Origin: Fusobacteriota bacterium | GTDB lineage: Bacteria; Fusobacteriota; Fusobacteriia; Fusobacteriales; JBNJFI01 | NCBI GenBank assembly: GCA_051746725.1 | Contig: JBNJFI010000002.1 | Span: 2,460 to 66,459 of the forward strand | Length of the DNA: 64,000 nucleotides | Reading direction: 5' to 3' | Part shown: positions 46,857 through 55,032 of the stretch, piece by piece | Numbering within the stretch: position 1 is the stretch's first letter | Layout: every line of letters starts with the position of its first letter | Program-made: the position numbers and the translations under genes | The notes under the pieces: model-generated | Database searches by the model: none | Told to the model about the DNA's origin: nothing | What the model saw: the letters and a program-made list of their open reading frames with translations, nothing else

Positions 46857-47427
46857 TTTCTCTTATTTCATTTAGAAAGTTTTCCAACATTTTTAACCCA
46901 CTTTTAGTTAATATGGATTCAGGATGAAATTGTACCCCCTCAATAAAGTACTTTTTATGTCTTATTCCCATTATTTCATTTTCTTTTGTCCAAGCAGTTA
47001 TTTGAAGGTCTTTTCCCAATGTATTTTTATCTATAATTAAAGAATGATATCTAGTAGCTTCTAATGGATTTTCTAAATTTTTAAAAACTCCCATATTTTC
47101 GTGATAAATCTTAGAAGTTTTTCCATGCATTATATTTTCAGCATGCACTATTTTCGATCCAAAAACCTGGCCAATTGCTTGATGCCCTAAACACACACCT
47201 AGTATTGGATAATCGCCTTTTAAATTTTCTATTATTTCCAAAGAAATTCCAGCATCATCAGGGGTACCAGGTCCAGGTGAAATAACAATTGCTTCTGGAT
47301 CTATTTTTCGTATATCTTCCAAAGACAATTTATCATTTCTGATTACTTCTATTTCTTCTCCTAAAATTCCAAAATATTGCACTAAATTATATGTAAATGA
47401 ATCATAATTATCAATCATCAAAATCAT
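46843..47427 (-). CDS. pabA: aminodeoxychorismate/anthranilate synthase component II (class-I glutamine amidotransferase)
   Basis: The catalytic Cys motif is PILGVCLGHQ, with a C-terminal HPES. It lies next to a pabB-like gene. Confidence 0.85.
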   Translation of the reverse strand: MILMIDNYDSFTYNLVQYFGILGEEIEVIRNDKLSLEDIRKIDPEAIVISPGPGTPDDAGISLEIIENLKGDYPILGVCLGHQAIGQVFGSKIVHAENIMHGKTSKIYHENMGVFKNLENPLEATRYHSLIIDKNTLGKDLQITAWTKENEIMGIRHKKYFIEGVQFHPESILTKSGLKMLENFLNEIRENEQR

Positions 47428-47807
47428 TTTAGCTTCTCCTTTATTCCTTTATTTATTTTTGATACTAATTTTTTGACTGAAATAGGTTTTTCTAAATAAT
47501 TATCTGCTCCTATCTCAAATGTTTTTCTCTTGTCTTTACTAAATTTTTTTCCTGAAAAAAGGAAAACTGGAATATCTTTTAAATTATCTTCTTTTTTTAT
47601 TAATTTGCATATCTCAAAACCATCAAGATAACCAGGTTCAGGGATAATATCTAATAATACTAGATCCACATCTTGTATTATATCTAATAATTTATCTTCC
47701 CAATATGGAGCTGTGATAACCTCATAATCATATTGTTCCAATGCAAACTTAATAAAATCGATTAAACTAGGATCGTCATCTAAATAGAAAATCTTTTTTT
47801 TTAACAT
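47424..47807 (-). CDS. stand-alone response-regulator receiver domain protein (CheY-like)
   Basis: The protein is 127 aa. It has an acidic pocket YLDDD, a phospho-acceptor-like LVLLDI, a FLFSG Ser/Thr position and a conserved K in YLEKP. There is no output domain. Confidence 0.75.
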   Translation of the reverse strand: MLKKKIFYLDDDPSLIDFIKFALEQYDYEVITAPYWEDKLLDIIQDVDLVLLDIIPEPGYLDGFEICKLIKKEDNLKDIPVFLFSGKKFSKDKRKTFEIGADNYLEKPISVKKLVSKINKGIKEKLK

Positions 47808-47808
47808 T

Positions 47809-49197
47809 TTAATCTCCCTTTATCAATGTCTTATAAGCTAATATCATTGCTCGTCCTTTGTTTATAATCTCCTTATATTCTTGACTAGATACGGAGTCAT
47901 ATACAATCCCTGCACCTACTTGAAAATAGATTTTATTTTTTTTTTGTATAAAACTTCTAATTATTATATTTAAATCCATATTTCCATCAAACCCAATATA
48001 ACCAACACTTCCAGTATAAAAACCACGTTTAGTTGGTTCTAGTTCTTCAATTATTTCCATACTTCTAACTTTTGGAGCTCCTGTTATCGTTCCTCCTGGA
48101 AATGTGGCTTTTATTAAATCTACGGCATCTTTTTTGCAATCTAATTCTCCTTTAACATTAGAAACTATATGCATAACATGTGAGTATTTTTCAATTGTCA
48201 TCAGTTCATTTACATGCACAGTGCCATATTTACATACCCTACCTATATCATTTCTAACTAAATCAACAAGCATTATATGTTCTGCTCTTTCTTTTTCGTT
48301 TAATATTAATTCTCTTTCCATTTCAGATTCTGTTTCTTTTTTATTGCGTCTCGTCCCAGCAATAGGTCTTTCCTCTACAATTTGATCTTTTATTCGGACT
48401 AATCTTTCTGGAGACTGACTTATCAAAGTAAAATCATCCCAAATAAGATAAGATGCAAATGGTGAAGGATTTATCTGTCTCAAAACTTTATATAGTTCAA
48501 ATGATTTTTCTTTTCTTAAAGGCGCCTCAAATCTCTGACTTAAATTCACTTGAAATATGTCCCCATTTTTAACATATTCTTTAGCTTTATCTACCATTGC
48601 TTCGAATTCTTTTTTTGACATATTAGAATCAAATAAGTTTAAATCACTAGGGTTAATATCACCTTTTATATTTTTCTTTTGTTTTTTATTTTTTAAATTA
48701 AGATCCCAATTATAATTTTTATTATTATAATTAATTTCAAAAAAATTATCAGTTTTCTTATCTTTTATAATTATTAATTGTGGAATTCCAAAAACTCCCT
48801 GTGGTAGATTTAAATCATCAGTTGCATTATTGGGAATATTTTCTATCGTAGTGTTAAGGTCATATGAAAATATTCCAGCAAATCCTCCTGTAAAATAATC
48901 TTTATCTTTTTTTATCATATATTCTTCTTTTTTGGTTTTAATTACATCTTTAAATAATGAAAAAATATCTCCTTCAAGGAATTCATTGTTTAAATAAAAT
49001 TTATTATCCTTAATTTTTATAGTATCTGAAAAATCAGCCATTATATAAGAATATCTTCCATAATTATCATTAGCAGAATCAAGAATTATTATATTCCCAT
49101 TAAGTATTTCTTTGTTAATTTCATAAAAATCTATTATGCTGTTTCGACTTTTTTTTAAAACTCGTTCCAATTTATTCCTCCAAAATAAGAGATACAC
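47809..49197 (-). CDS. pabB: aminodeoxychorismate synthase component I (chorismate-binding enzyme)
   Basis: SPERLV, AEHIMLVDLVRND and PGGTITGAPKVRSMEIIEELE are motifs of chorismate-utilising enzymes. The PabB versus TrpE call rests on the pabC neighbour and the absence of other trp genes. Confidence 0.8.
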   Translation of the reverse strand: MYLLFWRNKLERVLKKSRNSIIDFYEINKEILNGNIIILDSANDNYGRYSYIMADFSDTIKIKDNKFYLNNEFLEGDIFSLFKDVIKTKKEEYMIKKDKDYFTGGFAGIFSYDLNTTIENIPNNATDDLNLPQGVFGIPQLIIIKDKKTDNFFEINYNNKNYNWDLNLKNKKQKKNIKGDINPSDLNLFDSNMSKKEFEAMVDKAKEYVKNGDIFQVNLSQRFEAPLRKEKSFELYKVLRQINPSPFASYLIWDDFTLISQSPERLVRIKDQIVEERPIAGTRRNKKETESEMERELILNEKERAEHIMLVDLVRNDIGRVCKYGTVHVNELMTIEKYSHVMHIVSNVKGELDCKKDAVDLIKATFPGGTITGAPKVRSMEIIEELEPTKRGFYTGSVGYIGFDGNMDLNIIIRSFIQKKNKIYFQVGAGIVYDSVSSQEYKEIINKGRAMILAYKTLIKGD

Positions 49198-51118
49198 TTT
49201 CTAAATTTTTCATTCTAGTACCAGGTTGTGGAAATTGCCTAGAAATATATCCCTCTCCTTTTATTTTTACTTCTATATTATGGTTATTCAAAAAAGATAT
49301 TGCTTCTCTTATAGTTTTACCTTTGAAATCTGGTAAAAATTCAACATCATTTATTTTTTCTTTAGTATCTTTTTTGACAGTTTTTTTCTTTTCATCTAAG
49401 ATTATGATATCTTGCATTTTTTTCTCAGGCATAATATCTTTGTATTTTAAAATTCTTTTTAACGTATTTTTAAAAGCCGGCGAAGCCAATTGACTTCCAT
49501 AAAATTTATCTCCTTTTGGATCATCAAACACTGTTAAAATAAGGTATTTATCATCTTCTCCATAATAAAATCCCACAAATGAAGAAGTATGTTTTCCAGA
49601 ACTATAACCTCTCACACCATCACTTTTTTGAGAAGTCCCTGTTTTTCCTCCAATTTTATATCCAGATATCTGAGCACTTTTTCCAGTTCCCTCATCTACT
49701 ACTGAATATAAATAGTCCCTCATTTTTTCTGATATCTCCGGACTTGCCACCCTTCTTATTTCTTCAGAAGGATAAGTTTTTAATATTTCTTTTCCATCAT
49801 TTTCTATTCGATCTACTATTTGAGGTTTATATAAAATTCCGCCATTTATAATAGCAGAAAAAGCCGTTGCCATTTGTATAGGTGTAACAGCTATACCTTG
49901 TCCAAATGACATTGTAGGAATTTTTAAACCACTCCATCTTTTATAATCTTGCAAATTAATTTTTCTCTCTCCAGATAGGTCAATCCCTGTTCTTTCTCCA
50001 AATCCATATCTCTTTAATTGATTATAAAATTCTAGATTTGAAAATCTTTGACCAATTTTCACCATCCCAACATTGCTTGATTTTGTTAGTATTTCCTCTA
50101 CAGACAAGTTTCCCTTTATATCTCTATCGTGTTCTCGTATAGTCTTATTATAAACTTCGATGCTTCCATCACACTGAAATCTTTCATTATAATCTAATAA
50201 TCCTCGTTCTAATGCCATAGCTATAACCAAAGGTTTAAATACTGATCCAGGTTCATATTGATTATAAATTGCATTATTTCTAATATATTTTCTCTCTTCT
50301 ATAATTGGAAGGGAGCTTATAGCTCTTATTTTTCCAGTATCTGGTTCCATTACAATCCCTGCTGCCCAATCAGATTGAGATTCTTCAAAAATTTTTACTA
50401 ATTCTTCTTCTAAAATATGTTGCATTACATAATCGATTGTCAAAAAAATATCTTTACCATTTTTAGGTGGTACATAATCTTGCTTTTTTCCCACCGGTAA
50501 ATCAAAGTTATTTTTAGTAGCAACATACCTTTTTTGGTAACCAACTTCCTCTTTTAAATATTTTTCAAAGGTTTTTTCTATTCCATAAACTCCGACTCTA
50601 TCTATATTTAAAAAACCTAATATATGGTTGAATTTTGCACCTTTAGAATAAACACGATCTTTTTGAGAATTAAAATATAATCCAACTTTTTCTTTTCGAG
50701 ATAGTCGCTTTATTATTCTGTCTTTTTCATCTTTTGTTATTTTATTTTTGACATTTAAATATTTTCGTCCTCTTTTTTTTTTAGATAAGATCTCATCTTT
50801 TAAACTTTTTTGATTTATGCCTAATTCATCAGATATAACATAAGTTAATTTTTCTAGATGATCATTTATTTGTGTAGGATCTAAATTTAATTTAAACTTA
50901 GTGGAATCATAGGCAACTTTAACATTATTAACAGTATTAATAGTACCTCTTTCTCCTCTAATGTCTCCTTCTAAATCATACTGATTATAAGCTATTTTAT
51001 GCCATTTTTCATGTCCAAAAATTTGAATTCTGACTAAATTAATTATTATTAACCCAAAAATAGCCAAAAATAAACTTGTAATTATGATAAGTCTTTTACG
51101 AAAATTAATTTTTCCCAT
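49172..51118 (-). CDS. class B penicillin-binding protein (transpeptidase, FtsI/PBP2-like) with a C-terminal PASTA domain
   Basis: There is an N-terminal anchor. The transpeptidase motifs are SxxK (SVFK), SxN (SSN) and KTG (KTGT). The C-terminal PASTA-like segment is FKGKTIREAISFLNNHNIEVKIKGEG. Confidence 0.85.
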   Translation of the reverse strand: MGKINFRKRLIIITSLFLAIFGLIIINLVRIQIFGHEKWHKIAYNQYDLEGDIRGERGTINTVNNVKVAYDSTKFKLNLDPTQINDHLEKLTYVISDELGINQKSLKDEILSKKKRGRKYLNVKNKITKDEKDRIIKRLSRKEKVGLYFNSQKDRVYSKGAKFNHILGFLNIDRVGVYGIEKTFEKYLKEEVGYQKRYVATKNNFDLPVGKKQDYVPPKNGKDIFLTIDYVMQHILEEELVKIFEESQSDWAAGIVMEPDTGKIRAISSLPIIEERKYIRNNAIYNQYEPGSVFKPLVIAMALERGLLDYNERFQCDGSIEVYNKTIREHDRDIKGNLSVEEILTKSSNVGMVKIGQRFSNLEFYNQLKRYGFGERTGIDLSGERKINLQDYKRWSGLKIPTMSFGQGIAVTPIQMATAFSAIINGGILYKPQIVDRIENDGKEILKTYPSEEIRRVASPEISEKMRDYLYSVVDEGTGKSAQISGYKIGGKTGTSQKSDGVRGYSSGKHTSSFVGFYYGEDDKYLILTVFDDPKGDKFYGSQLASPAFKNTLKRILKYKDIMPEKKMQDIIILDEKKKTVKKDTKEKINDVEFLPDFKGKTIREAISFLNNHNIEVKIKGEGYISRQFPQPGTRMKNLESVSLILEE

Positions 51119-51187
51119 TTTGTCCCCTTAAAAAAATAATATAGAATTTTTATTTTAAACTTTTTTGTTTTAAACTTTATAATAACA

Positions 51188-51967
51188 TTATAACATATTT
51201 TGAACCTTTTTTGAATATACTTTTTCTATGTTATTTATTAGCTTTAGTTTATTAAACTTTATATCTTCTAATAAATTAATCCATAACAATCCATTTTTCA
51301 TTAAAGAATTTGTAATAAATATACCATCTGCTTCTTTAAGGTCACAGTATTTGAAATGCCCTTCTTTAATTGGAATTTTTTGTTTCTTTGCTATATCCAA
51401 TATTTTTCTTCTTGTTATTCCCGGTAATATATTCAGATCCAAAGATGGAGTTAATAAAACTCCATCTTTTATCCAAAAAACATTACTAATTGTTCCTTCA
51501 GTTATATATCCTAACCTATTAGAAAAAATCCCTTCAAATAGGTTTCTTTTTTTTAATTGTTTTCTAGCTAATATATTGGTCATGTAATTAGTACTTTTGA
51601 TAAAACCTAATTCATTTTGATAAAACTTATGAATTTTCCCTAAAGATACTCCTTCTTTTTTGACTCGCAGACCCATTTTCTTTATTTGAAAGAAAATATC
51701 CCTATCAGTTATTATAATTTTAAGAGAAAATTCATCGTTTTGCGATAAATCAGATTTTTTTATCAATTTTTCAATAATTTGCTTAAAATTTATTTTACGG
51801 TGAATATTTAGATACTTTAAACTTTTTTTTAATCTATTAATATGATCATCTAGAAATACACATTTTTCATTTAATCCCATGATAGTTTCAAAACATCCAT
51901 AACCATATGAAAATCCCATATTTTCTTTTTTACTTTTTTTTATAAAATTTCCATTTAAATATATCAT
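51188..51967 (-). CDS. pabC: class-IV aminotransferase-fold enzyme, probably aminodeoxychorismate lyase
   Basis: The fold-type IV pattern (FSYGYGCFET, ITEGTISNVFWIKDG, LPGITR) is present. The length is about 259 aa and the gene clusters with pabA and pabB. Confidence 0.65.
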   Translation of the reverse strand: MIYLNGNFIKKSKKENMGFSYGYGCFETIMGLNEKCVFLDDHINRLKKSLKYLNIHRKINFKQIIEKLIKKSDLSQNDEFSLKIIITDRDIFFQIKKMGLRVKKEGVSLGKIHKFYQNELGFIKSTNYMTNILARKQLKKRNLFEGIFSNRLGYITEGTISNVFWIKDGVLLTPSLDLNILPGITRRKILDIAKKQKIPIKEGHFKYCDLKEADGIFITNSLMKNGLLWINLLEDIKFNKLKLINNIEKVYSKKVQNML

Positions 51968-51990
51968 TTTATCACCTTTTTCTTTAATAA

Positions 51991-53814
51991 TTAATCTATT
52001 ACTGTCTTAACTATCCTAAATCCAATTTCATCATTTTCAATGGAAGGATAAAAAGAATCTCTTGAAGCATTTCTAATTTCGTATTTTACACTTCTCCAAC
52101 TTCCGCCTCTAATAATTCTGTAATCAGAATTATAGATTCCAACAGGGTTTATTTTTCTTGACGAATCATACTCTTTATATCCATCATAACACCATTCCCA
52201 AACATTTCCACTCATATCATACAAACCCAATTCATTACTCTTTTTGGTTCCAACTTCATATAAAGTTGAAGTTTGTTCTGAAAAAATTGCAACTTGTTTA
52301 GGATCGTTACTTCCGCTATATAAATAATCTTTAGATTTTGTTCCTCCCCGTGCTGCATATTCCCACTCTGCTTCTGTGGGTAATCTATATCCATAAACTT
52401 CTTCTAAGTTATCAGTAACTTCTCCATTTCTATTTATAAGGTTTCCCTTAGAGTTATAAGCTTTAGGGATTTCTTCAGCTTCGCTTAACCAATTACAATA
52501 ATTTATAGCATCATTCCAAGTTATATTAACAATGGGTTTTTGAACTTTTCTATCATTGGTAATTGGATCTCGATTTATATCGTTTTCTTTTAAATAAAAA
52601 TTATATATCTCGTTAGTAACTTCATATCTACCAATATTAAAGTCATAAGTAATTTCTACAGTATGAACTGGACGGTGTTCATCCCAAAGATCGCCTTTTT
52701 CATCTCCCATTTCAAACTTTCCAGATTCAACTGTGGACATAGAAGTTTTTATCAAATTTATAGTGGAAAATATAATTCTTTTCCCTTTTTCCAATTTATT
52801 TTCGCTCATATCGTATATATTATCTGATATATTCAATTCATACTTGGTATTATAAGAAATATTCTTCGGAATAACTTCTAAAGTTGCCCCTTCTTTTTTG
52901 ATTTCTATTTCTAATTTTCTGTCATTGGATTTTAAAGTAATTTTTTCTTGTATTTCTTCTATGTCTATTTCTTCGCTAAAATATAGATTAATAGGTTTTG
53001 TGGGACTTATTTTAGAATTGTTTTTTATTGAGGATTCTAATAATTTAGGTGAAATCTGATCAACTTTTTCTACTTTTACAGTTATCGTATTGCTTTTTAT
53101 ATTATTATATTTAGCATAAACATCATATTCCCCTGTCTCAGTACTTCTAAACTCAAATTCGGTATATATTTCGTCATTTCTATATAATTTGACTTTTTCT
53201 GGGTCTATAGATTCTCCGTCTTGATCGAGATATTCAAATCTTATCTTGTCTTTTCCATCTGCGATAATTATATTATCTTTAGAATTTGATTTTATTTTTA
53301 ATTCCGTTATTTCTTTTGTTTTTTTCTTTACGCTAATTGTAATTTCATTACTTTTTATGTCATTATATTTAGCATAAAAATTGTATTTCCCTGGTTTATC
53401 CGACGAAAATTTATAATTACTATAGATTTGATCATTTTTATATAATCGTATTCCACTTTGTGATAAAGTTTCATGAGAAATTCCCTTTTTTTCTTCATCT
53501 AGAATTTCAAATTCTATTTCATCGCTATTATTTGCGATGATCTCTTTTTTTTCACTTGAAGTTTCTAATATAAGATTTTTAAATTCCATAGATTTTTCTT
53601 TTGGTTCTGATTCAGACTTATCCTCTAACTCATCTTTTTCAATCTGTTTTATTTCTTCTTTATCTTTAACTTCCTCAACTTGTTGGATTTCTTCGTTCTT
53701 TTGTTTAGATTTTTCAGCATCAGAAACTTTCGTTTCTTCTTCATTTAAAAATGAGCAAGATATAAAATTTAAAATTATTAATACTAAAATTAACAGTTTA
53801 AATTTTTTTATCAT
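51991..53814 (-). CDS. lipoprotein with tandem Ig-like repeats and a C-terminal FGE-sulfatase (SUMF1-type) domain
   Basis: The lipobox is LNFISC. Two ~75-aa internal repeats end in YAKYN(D/N)IKSN.ITV. The C-terminus has GLYDMSGNVWEWC and RGGSW motifs. Confidence 0.75.
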   Translation of the reverse strand: MIKKFKLLILVLIILNFISCSFLNEEETKVSDAEKSKQKNEEIQQVEEVKDKEEIKQIEKDELEDKSESEPKEKSMEFKNLILETSSEKKEIIANNSDEIEFEILDEEKKGISHETLSQSGIRLYKNDQIYSNYKFSSDKPGKYNFYAKYNDIKSNEITISVKKKTKEITELKIKSNSKDNIIIADGKDKIRFEYLDQDGESIDPEKVKLYRNDEIYTEFEFRSTETGEYDVYAKYNNIKSNTITVKVEKVDQISPKLLESSIKNNSKISPTKPINLYFSEEIDIEEIQEKITLKSNDRKLEIEIKKEGATLEVIPKNISYNTKYELNISDNIYDMSENKLEKGKRIIFSTINLIKTSMSTVESGKFEMGDEKGDLWDEHRPVHTVEITYDFNIGRYEVTNEIYNFYLKENDINRDPITNDRKVQKPIVNITWNDAINYCNWLSEAEEIPKAYNSKGNLINRNGEVTDNLEEVYGYRLPTEAEWEYAARGGTKSKDYLYSGSNDPKQVAIFSEQTSTLYEVGTKKSNELGLYDMSGNVWEWCYDGYKEYDSSRKINPVGIYNSDYRIIRGGSWRSVKYEIRNASRDSFYPSIENDEIGFRIVKTVID

Positions 53815-53824
53815 AAAATTCCTC

Positions 53825-54661
53825 CTAATCTAATATAATAGTTTTATTTCCACTAATAAAAACTTTTTCTTCAAAAACTAATTTTAACGCTTTAGCCAAA
53901 GCAAGTTTTTCGGCTTCTCTTCCTGCCTGTTTCATATTATCAGTTGTATATTCGTGATTAACCTTTATAACTTCCTGAGTTATTATAGGCCCTTCATCTA
54001 AATTATCATTTACAAAATGTGAAGTCGCTCCAATCATTTTCACCCCTCGATTAAATGCTTGTCTATAGGGATTAGCCCCGATAAATGCCGGCAAAAAAGA
54101 ATGGTGAATATTAATTATTTTATTTCTCCATTTATTTACAAAATGTGGAGTTAAAATACGCATATATTTAGCTAAAACTAAGTAATCAGGATTATATTGA
54201 TCTAAAATTTCTAAAACTTTTTCCTCATGTTCTTCTCTGTCTAGCCCCTTTGTTGGTACATAGTGAAAAGGGTGATTAAACTTATCTACTAAATTTTTTA
54301 AAATTTCATGATTGCTTACAACTGCAATTATTTCAGCATTTATTTCATCGTATTCATCTCTTATTAATAAATCCCCTAAGCAATGATGCTCTTTAGTTGC
54401 TAATATTACAATCTTTTTTTTCTTTGTTTTAGATAACTTTATCTTTGCATCGTTGGGTAATATCTCTTTTAGGTTTTTTATTATATCTGTTTCTTTTATC
54501 TCTCCAGAAAATTTTGTTCTCATGAAAAACTTTTTTGCTTCTTTTTCCACAAATTCATTATTATTTATTATATTTAGACCATATTTTGATATAACTCCTG
54601 TTATTTTATGAACCAAGTTCTGAGCATCATCACATGTTATTGATAATATATGTTTATTCAT
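53825..54661 (-). CDS. purU: formyltetrahydrofolate deformylase
   Basis: An N-terminal ACT-like segment is followed by a formyltransferase core IINIHHSFLPAFIGANPYRQA. Confidence 0.9.
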   Translation of the reverse strand: MNKHILSITCDDAQNLVHKITGVISKYGLNIINNNEFVEKEAKKFFMRTKFSGEIKETDIIKNLKEILPNDAKIKLSKTKKKKIVILATKEHHCLGDLLIRDEYDEINAEIIAVVSNHEILKNLVDKFNHPFHYVPTKGLDREEHEEKVLEILDQYNPDYLVLAKYMRILTPHFVNKWRNKIINIHHSFLPAFIGANPYRQAFNRGVKMIGATSHFVNDNLDEGPIITQEVIKVNHEYTTDNMKQAGREAEKLALAKALKLVFEEKVFISGNKTIILD

Positions 54662-55031
54662 ATTCTTCCTCCATTTTTTTTATTTTACTTTTTAAGATTT
54701 CATTTTCACTTTTTAATTTTTGATTTTTTTCCTTAAGTTCATTATTTTTAAATTTCATTTTTTTTATAAATTCATTTTTATTTTCTAATTCAGAATTCAC
54801 TTTATCTAATTCATCTTCTAGATATTGTTTTTTAATTTTAGCTTTTTTGATTTTTTTATCCTTACGTTTCAAATCTTTAGCTAATTTTTGTCTTTTATTT
54901 CTCTCTTTTTTATACATAATAAAAGTAATTTTTTTTTCAACTTTCACTAAATAATCAAAAAAGTTTCTTAAAGTTTTTATAATAAAATTCCATATTTTTT
55001 TACTTATTTTTTGTAATAATATATTAACCAC
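54654..55031 (-). CDS. hypothetical Lys/Glu-rich coiled-coil protein
   Basis: The protein is 125 aa and almost entirely heptad-like K/E/L/N sequence. It overlaps purU by 8 nt. No motif is recognised. Confidence 0.4.
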   Translation of the reverse strand: MVNILLQKISKKIWNFIIKTLRNFFDYLVKVEKKITFIMYKKERNKRQKLAKDLKRKDKKIKKAKIKKQYLEDELDKVNSELENKNEFIKKMKFKNNELKEKNQKLKSENEILKSKIKKMEEEYE

Positions 55032-55032
55032 C

